The notes under the pieces were generated by a model. It saw only the letters and a list, made by a program, of their open reading frames with translations, was not told the DNA's origin and did not search any database. 64,000 nucleotides of DNA from Macrostomum lignano (taxonomy: Eukaryota). The stretch is taken from contig NIVC01002491.1 in the NCBI GenBank assembly GCA_002269645.1, positions 104,912 through 168,911 of the forward strand, in the 5' to 3' direction. A program made the translations under genes and the position numbers. This document shows positions 13,061 through 26,565 of the stretch, piece after piece (the first letter of the stretch is position 1; every line of letters begins with the position of its first letter).

Positions 13061-13966
13061 CTGAGGCATGATGCTGACTACGCTGACAAGCACGATGGTT
13101 GTGAGCAGTTTGGTAGTTCGAGTCATCTGCTTGTCATCGTTGGCGGCTGCGGCCTGATGCTTGCCAGCCGCCGCTGCCGCACCAGTCTTGGCTCCGGAGC
13201 GCAGAGTCCGCCGCCTCTCGTCGGTCCGTTTCAGTGATCGAATCAGAAAGATGCTGAGCACGGTGAGCAGCAGGACTGGCAGGAATTTTATGCCGATGCC
13301 CATTATCCAGAAGTTCAGACTGCTCAACACTGAGTCCTGCGAAAATTTCAGCCCGAATGTGTAATAAGACCCGTTGATGTCCAGCTGGCAGGAGTGCTGG
13401 CGCAGAGACACGGTCTCCGCGTCCGTGGGCACCACGTGATGCCCGAGAGTGTTCGGCACCACCATGCCGACGGAGGCGGCGGCGGCCAGAGCGATGGCGA
13501 GTCGGGCGGTGCGGCCGGTGCACAGCTGCTTGCTCCGGACCGGCAGCTCGATGTACACCAAGCGGAAGGTGGCCAGGGCTACGGTGATCCAAGAGCTGCA
13601 GGCGTGAGCAAAGATTGTCACGCACAGCTGAGCCCATAGAAACAGTTGCCATGGCAACGGCTCCGGACAGTCCAGCTTCAGCCGGTTGTTCATGGTGAAG
13701 TAGAGGCAGAACGGCAGGTAGACGGTGGACATGAGGCAGTCAGACAGGGCCAGAGCGGTCAGCAGGGTGTTGGTGGGGTTGCGCATCGAAGGCTGTGCGA
13801 ACACAGCGATGTTCACCAGGTTGGTGGTGACGCCCAGGCTGCACACGAAGGTGGCCAGGTACTTGTGCACGTCCGGGTACCTGCTGGACAGGGCGGCCAG
13901 CAGCGGCGGGACCGGGTCGCACTCGAGAGCGGTGCCGTTGTCCAGCGTTGAAGTCGAGTTGGCCAT
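13061..13966 (-). CDS. Class A peptide GPCR (myosuppressin/DMSR-1/FMRFamide-receptor-like), first coding exon TM1-TM6; joined protein 432 aa
   Basis: TM1 GVTTNLVNIAVF, MRNPTNTLLTALALSD, TM3 SSWITVALATFRLVYI, TM5 KFLPVLLLTVLSIFLI; donor CAG|gtacgc at 13061/13060, 302 codons, phase 0. Confidence 0.92.
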
Positions 13967-13995
13967 CTGCTGTTGAGTTCACTGGAGGGCGGGAG

Positions 13996-14590
13996 AGTGA
14001 GCGGGGTGATTAGAGATGCCAGTGATGAGTGAGCGGGGTGATTAGAGATGCCAGTGATGAGTGAGCGGGGTGATTAGAGATGCCAGTGATGAGTGAGCGG
14101 GGTGATTAGAGATGCCAGTGATGAGTAAGCGGGGTGATTAGAGATGCCAGTGATGAGTGAGCGGGGTGATTAGAGATGCCAGTGATGAGTGAGCGGGGTG
14201 ATTAGAGATGCCAGTGATGAGTGAGCGGGGTGATTAGAGATGCCAGTGATGAGTGAGCGGGGTGATTAGAGATGCCAGTGATGAGTGAGCGGGGTGATTA
14301 GAGATGCCAGTGATGAGTGAGCGGGGTGATTAGAGATGCCAGTGATGAGTGAGCGGGGTGATTAGAGATGCCAGTGATGAGTGAGCGGGGTGATTAGAGA
14401 TGCCAGTGATGAGTGAGCGGGGTGATTAGAGATGCCAGTGATGAGTGAGCGGGGTGATTAGAGATGCCAGTGATGAGTGAGCGGGGTGATTAGAGATGCC
14501 AGTGATGAGTGAGCGGGGTGATTAGAGATGCCAGTGATGAGTGAGCGGGGTGATTAGAGATGCCAGTGATGAGTGAGCGTCGTGATTAGA
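13996..14590. repeat. 32-bp minisatellite (gagtgagcggggtgattagagatgccagtgat), ~18 copies, ~30 nt upstream of the GPCR ATG
   Basis: attagaga at 14041 and 14073 (period 32). Confidence 0.97.
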
Positions 14591-15584
14591 GACGGCAGTG
14601 GTGGGGTTAAAACTGACGACAAGATTAAAAATCGTGACTGACTGCGCTTCCAGACGGGAGTATGCGAAATTTCTCAAACTGCTCAGCTAAGAAACTTCTT
14701 CGAGGTCAAATCTGACAGAGAGGTCCATTCCAGACAGACAGACCTAGTGGCGTGAATAACGTTGAAAATCCCTTAAGCCAGTCAGAGGTATTTGAGCGGC
14801 TGACAGGCCGGAAATCCCATCAAATCAGGCCGCCTCTCATCGAGATTATCCAGTAGCTTTTACTGGAGCCCGTTATCCCACTGCTTACTGCTGCTGCAAT
14901 CTGTCTGACTGTCTATTCTATCTATCTATCTAAAACAGAACTGAGACTCTCATGAGCGGGTTGCAGCGGTGGAAAACAGTTGTAAATCATTGGCTTTCAA
15001 TGTGAGAAAATCTGCTTTCGCCCTACCCAAGGCAGACAGACAGTTTGATTTAAATTGCGCTGACAGGGAAAGCAAAGCCAACGGAGATTTCAACTCGAAT
15101 TTCCCCCTAGCAACAGAATGAGACCTGAATGAAATGGCGAGTGCTCTGCCTTAGTAATTCCCCAGGATCAGAAGGGTTTGCAGTGCTCCCCTCCCCCAAA
15201 AGTTACATCTGTTGCCGGAGAATTTCTGCTACAGAACAAACGCTCAGATTGAAATGGGATTTGGACACTCGGAATACGGAAGAACAATTGCTGTGTCTGG
15301 GGAGGGGGGCTTAACATGTGAAGGCGAAAAGCTATTCAAAGATTTGATTGCGATTCACACGCAGTGTTTGACCTGAGACTGACGACAATAGCCACTCCCC
15401 CCCCCCCAAGAGCTATGGAAACCGGAGCAGAGAGTTTTGAATTGCTTCTTTGATTTCTTGGGCGGTGACTCTTCTAGCGGACTTTGCTTTGCTGGCAGCA
15501 ACTCGGGGTATTGGGACGAGTTTGACGAAGTTAAGCTGCGAATTTGGTCACAGTAATATGCCGTTTTGCCTGCTCTGCCACACC

Positions 15585-15950
15585 CCCATCGCTCTCCCTT
15601 CATCTCCCTACCTCTCTCCCTTCATCTCCTTGCCGCTATCCCTTCATTCTCTCTAATTATTGTCCCTTCATCTCAATACCTCTCTCCCTTCATCTTCTTA
15701 CCTGTCTCCCTTAATCTCCCTGACTCTCTCCCTTAATCTCCCTACCTCTCTCCCTTCATCTCCCTACATCTCTCCCTTCATCTCCTTGCCGCTATCCCTT
15801 CATTCTCTCTAATTCTCTCCTTTCATCTCCTTACCGCTATCCCTTCATTCTCCCTAATTATTGTCCCTTCATCTCAATACCTCTCTCCCTTCATCTCCCT
15901 ACCTCTCTCCCATCATCTCCCTCCATCTCCCTACCTCTCTTACTACTTTT
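15585..15950. repeat. Pyrimidine-rich degenerate repeat (ctctctcccttcatctcc)
   Basis: cccttcatctc recurs about 10 times. Confidence 0.8.
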
Positions 15951-16558
15951 TCTATTTTCTACTTCTGTCCCCAACGCAGACTTCAATTTTAATCATTATT
16001 CCCATTGAAACGGGAAACTTCCCCAACAAATCTCAATAAAAAAGCGGCACTACTCAATGAAAACTAATGAGCGCTCAGGATCATAAATCCTCTTTGAAGT
16101 CTGACTCGCTACGCCATGCAGCCATTTGCTTCTTACCTTTTTTTTTACATTTTCTTCAAAGCCAGTTAAGATTTTTCCTCTGACTTATTTTCATTGCATT
16201 GCCTCTCCCGTTGAGAAGCTCACTGGCTGACTATCGCAACCGATTTTCACTCAACCTCGCTGTTGCCCCCCGCCTGCCTGCCTGACTGAGCGGCATTCGC
16301 CAGCTCGTCCCTGCATCCGTGAGCTGAGCACGGCAACTGGGGAATTTGAGCTGAGCAAGCTTGAGAAGAGCTGCGCTACGTTCGAAAGGGCGGGGCCGCA
16401 GCACAGGGTAGGGTGGGACAAACACGACAGCAAGCCTCACCACCGCTTTGCTCCCGGGGATGCGTTCTGGGTTCCGGCTTTTTAGTGAGCGAGACGATGG
16501 AGAGCTGGATGATGGAGACATTTTTTAATGCGGAAAGCTTAATGCAATTATGAGTATT

Positions 16559-18343
16559 GAGTCTGATGCTTGTGAACTGGTTTGAGATGTGAGTCTGATG
16601 CTTGTGAACTGGTTTGAGATGTGAGTCTGATGCTTGTGAACTGGTTTGAGATGTGAGTCTGATGCTTGTGAACTGGTTTGAGATGTGAGTCTGATGCTTG
16701 TGAACTGGTTTGAGATGTGAGTCTAATGCTTGTGAACTGGTTTGAGATGTGAGTCTGATGCTTGTGAACTGGTTTGAGATGTGAGTCTGATGCTTGTGAA
16801 CTGGTTTGAGATGTGAGTCTAATGCTTGTGAACTGGTTTGAGATGTGAGTCTGATGCTTGTGAACTGGTTTGAGATGTGAGTCTGATGCTTGTGAACTGG
16901 TTTGAGATGTGAGTCTGATGCTTGTGAACTGGTTTGAGATGTGAGTCTGATGCTTGTGAACTGGTTTGAGATGTGAGTCTGATGCTTGTGAACTGGTTTG
17001 AGATGTGAGTCTGATGCTTTTGAACTGGTTTGAGATGTGAGTCTGATGCTTGTGAACTGGTTTGAGATGTGAGTCTGATGCTTGTGAACTGGTTTGAGAT
17101 GTGAGTCTGATGCTTGTGAACTGGTTTGAGATGTGAGTCTGATGCTTGTGAACTGGTTTGAGATGTGAGTCTGATGCTTGTGAACTGGTTTGAGATGTGA
17201 GTCTGATGCTTGTGAACTGGTTTGAGATGTGAGTCTGATGCTTGTGAACTGGTTTGAGATGTGAGTCTGATGCTTGTGAACTGGTTTGAGATGTGAGTCT
17301 GATGCTTTTGAACAGGTTTGAGATGTGAGTCTGATGCTTGTGAACTGGTTTGAGATGTGAGTCTGATGCTTGTGAACTGGTTTGAGATGTGAGTCTGATG
17401 CTTGTGAACTGGTTTGAGATGTGAGTCTGATGCTTGTGAACTGGTTTGAGATGTGAGTCTGATGCTTGTGAACTGGTTTGAGATGTGAGTCTGATGCTTT
17501 TGAACTGGTTTGAGATGTGAGTCTGATGCTTGTGAACTGGTTTGAGATGTGAGTCTGATGCTTGTGAACTGGTTTGAGATGTGAGTCTGATGCTTGTGAA
17601 CTGGTTTGAGATGTGAGTCTGATGCTTGTGAACTGGTTTGAGATGTGAGTCTGATGCTTGTGAACTGGTTTGAGATGTGAGTCTGATGCTTGTGAACTGG
17701 TTTGAGATGTGAGTCTGATGCTTGTGAACTGGTTTGAGATGTGAGTCTGATGCTTGTGAACTGGTTTGAGATGTGAGTCTGATGCTTGTGAACTGGTTTG
17801 AGATGTGAGTCTGATGCTTTTGAACAGGTTTGAGATGTGAGTCTGATGCTTGTGAACTGGTTTGAGATGTGAGTCTGATGCTTGTGAACTGGTTTGAGAT
17901 GTGAGTCTGATGCTTGTGAACTGGTTTGAGATGTGAGTCTGATGCTTGTGAACTGGTTTGAGATGTGAGTCTGATGCTTGTGAACTGGTTTGAGATGTGA
18001 GTCTGATGCTTGTGAACTGGTTTGAGATGTGAGTCTGATGCTTGTGAACTGGTTTGAGATGTGAGTCTGATGCTTGTGAACTGGTTTGAGATGTGAGTCT
18101 GATGCTTGTGAACTGGTTTGAGATGTGAGTCTGATGCTTGTGAACTGGTTTGAGATGTGAGTCTGATGCTTGTGAACTGGTTTGAGATGTGAGTCTGATG
18201 CTTGTGAACTGGTTTGAGATGTGAGTCTGATGCTTGTGAACTGGTTTGAGATGTGAGTCTGATGCTTGTGAACTGGTTTGAGATGTGAGTCTGATGCTTG
18301 TGAACTGGTTTGAGATGTGAGTCTGATGCTTGTGAACTGGTTT
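16559..18343. repeat. 32-bp minisatellite (gagtctgatgcttgtgaactggtttgagatgt), ~56 copies
   Basis: Near-perfect period 32; explains the 656-aa ORF. Confidence 0.98.
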
Positions 18344-18789
18344 CAATTTTTATAATGACGCTCAGGTATTGCTGTGGTGTTACTTAAATAATAATTTTTT
18401 CAGAACATCTGCACTTCTCTTGGAAAAAATCAGCTCCTCAATGTTTCTATTCATCAGCGAGGTCGGCCACAGATGAAACTTTATCCCAAACCAAAGTCCA
18501 GCTGCCCAGTGATGGAGCAATTCGGCCGTTTGCCGCTGCAATCCCAGAAGTGGCCTTCCCCAAGGCCTGACTGCCTCCCCCCAGCAGCTGCCGGCAGTCT
18601 AAGTGGCCCAATGGCCGATACGAAGGGCTCGAAGTCTAATTTAATTTGCCTGTCCGGCCCCCGGAGCGATTCGTTCGTTTAAAAAGATTTTTTTCGGACA
18701 CGAATTCGGCCTGCAGAGGCATTGGGAAAATATGTTGATCTGTGCGCTGTGGTCTGAATGCCTCTCAATTTATACTTGAGGCATGATCT

Positions 18790-19140
18790 GATATGAGACT
18801 GATGAGATGTGAGACTGATGAGATTTGAGACTGATGAGATGTGAGACTGATGAGATACCGTATGAGACTGATGAGATGTGAGACTGATGAGATTTGAGAC
18901 TGATGAGATATGAGACTGATGAGATATGAGACTGATGAGATATGAGACTGATGAGATATGAGACTGATGAGATGTGATATAGATGAGATGTGAGACTGAT
19001 GAGATATGAGACTGATGAGATGTGATACAGATGAGATGTGAGACTGATGAGATATGAGGCTGATGAGATGTGATACTGATGAGATATGAGACTGATGAGA
19101 TGTGAGACTAATTAAGTATGAGAGTGATGATATATGAGAT
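18790..19140. repeat. 16-bp minisatellite (gagactgatgagat[a/g]t)
   Basis: tgatgagatatgagac period 16 at ~18901-18960; degenerate flanks. Confidence 0.92.
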
Positions 19141-19579
19141 TATGAGATGGGAGTACGGAGATATAAGGGACCTGATAAGTTGATCAATTTTTTGCCCAGT
19201 AGCATGAGTTTGCTCAGCCATGCGGATTCATTTTAAACGAATAAAAAAATTGTCTTCTCACCTGGTTTCAATATTAATAAATTTGGAGCTGTCAAGATCA
19301 CCGATATAAAGGGGCGCGTTTTTGAATTTAAAAATGATTAATTTGCAAAATTGCAGCAGGTTACGCTGAAGCGGTGCTGATCAATATTGTTTGTGCGGAT
19401 GCAGCCGTTCCCCATGCCTGTCTTGCTTGCTCTATTATCCACACTCATCCGCCTCATCGGAGCCCTCCCGCCCCCTGATTGGTCAGTGAGGGCAGCGTCA
19501 CCCTTCTGCCCTGGACCAATAGGATGAGCGGGAGAAACACTCTGTGACTGCCTCTCCTCTTCCTTTGTAGCGGCTGGCT

Positions 19580-20595
19580 GGTGAGATGTGTGCTCACTCC
19601 AACAGGTGCATAATATGTGTGCTCACTCCAACAGGTGTGAGATGTGTGCTCACTCCAACAGGTGTGAGATGTGTGCTCACTCCAACAGGTGTGAGATGTG
19701 TGCTCACTCCAACAGGTGTGAGATGTGTGCTCACTCCAACAGGTGTGAGATGTGTGCTCACTCCAACAGGTGTGAGATGTGTGCTCACTCCAACAGGTGT
19801 GAGATGTGTGCTCACTCCAACAGGTGTGAGATGTGTGCTCACTCCAACAGGTGCATAATATGTGTGCTCACTCCAACAGGTGTGGTGATATCTGTGCTCA
19901 CTCCAACAGGTGTGGTGAGATGTGTGCTCACTCCAACAGGTGCATAATATGTGTGCTCACTCCAACAGGTGCATAATATGTGTGTTCACTCCAACAGGTG
20001 CATAATATGTGTGTTCACTCCAACAGGTGCATAATATGTGTGCTCACTCCAACAGGTGCATAATATGTGTGCTCACTCCAACAGGTGCATAATATGTGTG
20101 TTCACTCCAACAGGTGCATAATATGTGTGTTCACTCCAACAGGTGCATAATATGTGTGTTCACTCCAACAGGTGCATAATATGTGTGCTCACTCCAACAG
20201 GTGCATAATATGTGTGCTCACTCCAACAGGTGTGAGATGTGTGCTCACTCCAACAGGTGTGAGATGTGTGCTCACTCCAACAGGTGCATAATATGTGTGC
20301 TCACTCCAACAGGTGTGAGATGTGTGCTCACTCCAACAGGTGTGAGATGTGTGCTCACTCCAACAGGTGCATAATATGTGTGCTCACTCCAACAGGTGTG
20401 AGATGTGTGCTCACTCCAACAGGTGTGAGATGTGTGCTCACTCCAACAGGTGTGAGATGTGTGCTCACTCCAACAGGTGTGGTGAGATGTGTGTTCACTC
20501 CAACAGGTTCATAATATGTGAGCTCACTCAAACAGGTGTGAGATGTGTGCTCACTCCAACAGGTGTGGTGATATCTGTGCTCACTCCAACAGGTG
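19580..20595. repeat. 27-bp minisatellite (gagatgtgtgctcactccaacaggtgt / variant gcataatat), ~37 copies
   Basis: tccaac at 19681 and 19708; two unit variants in blocks. Confidence 0.97.
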
Positions 20596-21789
20596 AACCT
20601 GTTTACTAGAAGTAGATTTTTACAAATATTACAAGATGTGTTTATTAAAAAGTGCGGCCAGCAGTATAGATATGTTTCGCGGTTGATAAGGCATAATTAT
20701 TAATGCTCGTAAATAACAAAATCTGTGCTGCTCTCCGAGTGCCCATTAAATCAATATGGAGCAATTGGCGTCGAGACACGGGAGAGAAGACAGGGGAGGC
20801 TGGCTATAAAAGCCAAAGCTGAGTATAGCTCCATCCCTCGATCGTGCAGCAGGGAGAGGGGCGGAAGCAGGATGAAGGCCACTTAAATCTCTTCGAATTT
20901 GTACTTTTATTCGATGGCTACAGATATGGCTTCAGTTTTTATCGAAAGCTCCGTCTGATTAACTTATTTATATTATGGTCAGGCATCAGGGCATGTTCCC
21001 CCATAGCTTTTACTGGAAGGACATGTCCCCCCTGACCCCCGGTGGCGACGCGCCTGAGCATAGACATTTAGCTGAAGCAATTGCGGCCTTTCATAGAATT
21101 TCTACCATTTGCGAGTGCAACATCCTGAATTGTTATAAAGTAGTTGGAAGCTATACGGAATTGTCGATACGTGATGAAATGAGAGAGAAGCGTCTCAACA
21201 ACTAATTAAATATGGTTTAGTTCGATCTGAAACTTGACCTGCTTTCTGCATGCCAAATGCATATTGCCTTTGATGGAATTCGGGGACTGTATCTATGTGC
21301 ATGTACAAGCATGCAAACTCGCGAACATTATTCCATCCTAAATATGGAAATCCTAGACCCCGAAAAATTAATGATTTGTAATAAGAGAAATTGCACGAAG
21401 CATAATCCACTGTATGAAGCCAACGCTTCTAAATGTACATGTAATAGCGTGTGCTCTGTGTCAGATTGATGTCTGAAAGCAATTCTCTTGGTCTGCCGTG
21501 ATCCGTGAAGCAATCCGTGCTTTCTAGATATCGAAATTCCATATCGATGAAAATTAAAATCATACGAAATTTAAGCAAATAGCAGAAAGATAATTCGAAA
21601 CCAAAATGAAGAAAACGACTGTTGTCCCGTATTATTCTTTAAAAAATTTGTGCATGTAATGCGCACACACGAATTTAAATTCAATACACATAGTAATCAA
21701 CAAAGCGTCTACGCCACTATACAATAAGAAACAACAATAAAATACATTGTCAGCCAGTCAGGCGTGAGACAATGCCACAGCTAGGGCGC

Positions 21790-22265
21790 GTTTGAGGGCT
21801 GGGCGCAAATGTAGGCCGCACCGCCGGCAGCCGAATGCGCGCCCTGTCCCCACCGGTAAGGGTGCCTGCAGCGTCAGCAGCAGCGTACCTCATGCACCGG
21901 CTGCGGCCAGTAAAACTCGGCTCATGATATGGCCAACCAGCTAGCTGGAGTCGCCGACGGCGCAACAGTTCGCTGGGACGGAACAGGCTGGCGCGCGGCG
22001 ATAGAGTGCCGTATTGGTGACTCGCTCGTAGCCGATCTTGAAGGCGGCGAGCAGCAAGCCAGCGTGCGCCGCATCGACCTGCTGTTCAAGCGATTCCGTC
22101 AGCGTCCAGGTCTCGGTGTCGTACAAAAGGACGGTATCGATCACTGCCTGGGACAACGCCGCCCTCTGGCAGTCAGGCAGGGCCTCGGACTGCAGGACAG
22201 CCCTCACGGAACAAAAGGCAGGGCTAGTCCACGGCGACGTCGTCGCAGGTCCTTGCGAACGTCAG
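21790..22265 (-). mobile_element. Degenerate non-LTR retrotransposon (LINE) fragment, region C-terminal to the RT core
   Basis: QAVIDTVLLYDTETWTLTESLEQQVDAAHAGLLLAAF...VTNTALYRR then frameshifted RRRRLQLAGH; matches the LLYGxETWTL / RRRRLxxAGH signature of RTE-like LINE ORF2; stops and frameshifts present. Confidence 0.85.
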
Positions 22266-23689
22266 ACACCAGCAGAGGCGTCGCCATTAGATTTTATGGT
22301 GGGGGGACAAAGCTAAAGAATTTAACATGAACATGTACATGACTAAATTCCCACATTTCCATTATTTTGAAAATCGTTTTGCCAGCACTCATTTTGGGCG
22401 CCCCAGGCACTCATTTTAGCGCCACAGGCACTCATTTTGGAGCAAAAAACGCTACACTTTGGCGCCCTAAAGAAAAATTATTGACTACCATAACGGGTCA
22501 CAAATTGGGGTGGGGGTACAAAGCATTGGCATGTCCACCCCCATTAGCTTTTATTATGACGAAGCCAGAATTATGGTTATTAATTGATTAATTATCATAC
22601 TCTAGGCCATCAAATGCTTTTTGGAAAGTCCCACTTTATATTTTTGTCCAGTATTTTTCATACTTAGCAGAATCATCGAAGTTTTCGTTCGCTATTTATT
22701 TCACTGACAATCTTACGAGCTCTTACTTTTGCAATAAAATCAGTCGTTTTAGTTAGCTATTTATTAATTCTCTTTTTATGCGTTTACACTTGCCCTTCTT
22801 ACTTAAAATTTAAAGTGAGAAACAGGGTAATAACCAAAGTAAAAAATATTTAAATTAGTTTTTGCAGCAATTTTTAATTAAAGTGCTTTATTATATAAAA
22901 AGTATATTCGGTTTTGTTTAAGTTTGTCAAAGCTATTTAAAATGTCTCTAAATTCGTTTGATCAATCCACGAAGATTTATTTAACAACGAATATTTCGTC
23001 CACAATGAGTCGTCAGCCACTCTGCTTCTCTTATTCCTCTCTCTAGACCCACTTAAAAGAAAACGGCTTAAAGAAAACCGTGCTCCTAGTTTATTGATCA
23101 ATATATTGTTGAAGATTATTGTTCTTTCTTTCTAAATCCCTAAAGTCTGATAACAGTACAATATTTTTAAATACTAGGCTCTACTTCCTTTCTATACAAA
23201 GCATAACTAGGCCTATGACTATGTCGCAAGCCTGCCAACACGATTCGAGACAGGGGACCATATCTAATGTGCTAAAAACGAAGTCTGGCTGTTTATGAGA
23301 TCAATTAGGTAGTCCACAGCGCTGATTACATCTTAAGTAACAGTGGGGTAGGCCTAGGCCAAGGCTAGGCCTATCCTAATGCCTATTATAGAGGGCTTAA
23401 ATTAATAGGCCTAGCCTAGCTGCTATTATGGCATAGGTCATAGTGGAGATCATGCTATGTGCCATACTGAATAGCAAAGTTGAAGATCATAATTATATTT
23501 CAATAAATAATGAAAAAGTTTTTGTTTTACTTTACTTTTTTAGTCTATTTTTAACAATACTAGTATATTTTTTGCACAAGCTATAAATGCTAATAATATT
23601 TGCCTATTTAAATTTAGTGCTAAAAATTAAATATTCTAGTCAGGCCATTATATGTTTATAAATTTTTTGTTAGTTATTGTTAGGCCTTA

Positions 23690-24333
23690 GGTAGGGGGTC
23701 CAGTGAGCCTGTTTTTGGCTTGTGCAGAAGGGAAAAATGGCAAAAAAGTGGTCTTCTTTCTGTGGCTATAACTTTTGAAATAATCCATTTCCACTGAATT
23801 CCATACACCCTAGCAGCATATGTGCCTAGTAGAATATAAGATCCACAAGTGGCAACAAAGAGCTACAAAATGACACCAAAAACAATAAGATTGGTTCAGG
23901 AATTATAGAGATATACCCTAAATAAGTAAAAGTAATATATCCCAGGAAAAATAGTATTTAACAAATTTTTGCCAATCTCCACTAAAGTGCATTAATTCCA
24001 GCAACACATGTACACATCAGAATACAGGATCAAAAAGTGGAAACAAAATGCTACAAAATGACACCAAAAGCACCAAGATTGGTTGAAAAATAAAAATGTT
24101 ATACAGATTTTACTGCAAAAAACATATTTTTTCCTCCAAAAACAGCACAGTTTCTAGTGTATTTGAGATACAAAAAAATGCATTTTTTCAGAAGAAAAAC
24201 CTCAATAACTTTTTTATTACTGAACCAATTTTCAAAACCTTGGTGTCATTTCAATCAGAACATCCAGATCTACAAAATGGCATAGTTAAAAGTTAAGAAT
24301 TCAGAAAAAAATTTTCTCACTGGACCCCCTACC
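23690..24333. mobile_element. Non-autonomous DNA transposon (MITE, 644 bp), PIF/Harbinger-like
   Basis: Perfect 18-bp TIRs ggtagggggtccagtgag (23690-23707) / ctcactggaccccctacc (24316-24333), TTA on both flanks; internal repeated ctacaaaatgacaccaaaa motifs; no transposase. Confidence 0.85.
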
Positions 24334-26494
24334 TTAGGGTCTAAGCTATATTATATATTATTAGGCCCCATATAGCCATAGTCTAGAATCTAGATCATGC
24401 TGGGTGCACACCTGAATAAAAATTGAATATTTACAAATATAGTGGCCTATATTAAAAATGGAGTGTATGCCCATTCTTATAACTATGCCAATATTATGAC
24501 AATAAAAGATCTTTTTCGATTGTGTAATGAACCTTTTTGGGAGATAATTTGATAAATTTTTTACTTTTTGGCAATATTATTTATAGAAAAGAATTGATAC
24601 TCAAAGATTTTATTAACTATTTTGTTACATACTAAAAAACTAGAAAGCTTGAAATTTATACTTAGAAATGAACTTTTTTCATCTTTTTTTCTACTTCACA
24701 ATAACTTTTTTGCATGATTTTTTAAAGCGCATAATACATCCATGCATAATATTTTCTTAGGTGTGATGCATGCCAATTGTGTATACCTACTTTTGGCATG
24801 CAAGGCTAATGCATACTTAGTTTATTTTAGAGACTCTAGTAAGATTTTTAAAATTAAAAATTGAATTATTGCACTTAATTATATATATCTTATTGAGAAG
24901 TTTAAATAAATATTTTGTTTATAAAAATAGATTTAAGAGTAAAAAAGTTGACTGTTTTGTTGTGATAAATGCTTTGACTTTTAGAGTGTATTTTTCCTAT
25001 AAAGTACTGAAAGTAGGACTTGTAAATGTAGATGCACAATAATTAAAAAATAGTGGTAAAATATAATGCTCTATTGTATTGTTATACCTTTTTATCTTTG
25101 TAGCCAAAATTAGTCAAATCTCTGTATTCCAATTTTTTTGTAGCCAAATTATAAATTAACAAAAAACCCTAATTTTCAAAGGCAAAGACCAAAATGTGAA
25201 GACAAAGCAAAAGCAATTAAACAAAAAGCAAAAACTCTTAGATTTAGGTATGTTTAGTTTGGTACTATAAATATAGATGCATTTTATATGAGATAGCCAA
25301 TATTGTGTTTATTTTTTTAGCCAAAAATATAAAAATTTAAATAAAATAAACCTTTTTTACAAAAAAAATTCTGCTTGATTTATATTGTTACAAGAAATTA
25401 TATATGATGCTCCAAATCTCTATAATCCATAACCATATCTTTGCCAATTGGCAAGATCTCCATAGTTGCAGTCTGTAATCAAATTTTGCTTGAAAAAGTG
25501 CCACCCTAAATTTCCCATAACCATAGCCATAATTATTGTAGAATGCTATAAAATGTAAGTCAAAAAATGTCTAAATGTTTTTAATAGAAAAATATATCAA
25601 AATTAAATTAAGAAAGAAATAATAAAAGTTATGAACAAAACCAAAAACACAATTTTTTGATAAAATAACTTTTAGTGAATATATATATTTTTTTTGGCTA
25701 CAATAATAATTGTCATATGGAGCACCTTTTATTCTTAATATTATACTATACTATACCTTTCAAAAATTTTGTGGCTTACTATTTTTTCTATACATCATAT
25801 TATGCTTTGTTATCTGCTGTCATTTGTTTAAAAGTTTTGAATAATTCATAGGAATTCTAGCCTCCTACAATCCAGATTTTATCACCCCTCCCTAGTTCAT
25901 TAGTGCATATATAAAATTTCTGTGCCAACTTTTTATACATTCTTTCAGAAGCAAGATGTTTTATTAAAGTATGGAAGTGTCATTTTATTTCTATAATTTT
26001 TTTTTTCTTTGTAAGTTGGACATTATTTTTATTTTAGCTTCCTTTTTTAAGTTTTCTTTGATCAATGTCCAGTTATACCATAAATGCAAAAACTGGAAAA
26101 TGGGCCATTTTTGCATACCAACTATATGCTAATATTAAACCCAAAATTATATACACTAAGATTCTTAGTTAAAGGCAAAAATATGCCAGTATTGCTGTAT
26201 TTTCCAACAAAGTCACTTTCCATGGTACATGGTTCTATAGGACCATGATATGTACTATACCACCTTGACTATAATGTATTAATATTAAACTATGCTGACA
26301 AATCTTTCCAATGCTATTGCCTCTTATTCTGTAGAAAGCTTTTGAATCTTGCATCTTTGGTTCCCATCCCCTCTGCCTTAACCCTGCAGGTTATAAAAAA
26401 TCCAATTAGTTGGGGCATTTATTGTTTTTTATTATTACCTAAACTAACTATAGTAATGTTTACAGATATATCTATCTTTAATATTCTATCTAAA

Positions 26495-26565
26495 TATCAT
26501 GATGATAAAATTCTTGACCTGAACTACAAAAACAGTGATGGTTCAAGCTCAACAGGACTGAGAAT
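26495..26565 (+). ncRNA. Box C/D snoRNA candidate (copy 1), guide for 28S rRNA
   Basis: C box ATGATGA 26499-26505, D' CTGA 26519-26522, C' GTGATGG 26535-26541, guide tcaagctcaacagg 26543-26556, D box CTGA 26558-26561; guide complementary to conserved LSU CCUGUUGAGCUUGA. Confidence 0.8.

Noticed and set aside
16376-18346. 656-aa ORF on the minus strand
   Set aside because: It is the 32-bp repeat read through all three frames (32-aa period from 3 units); stop-free by chance of the unit; no non-repeat domain
22270-22580. DNA transposon with cagaggcgtcgcc / ggggggaca ends
   Set aside because: Right terminus degenerate and no TSD found; cannot delimit an element
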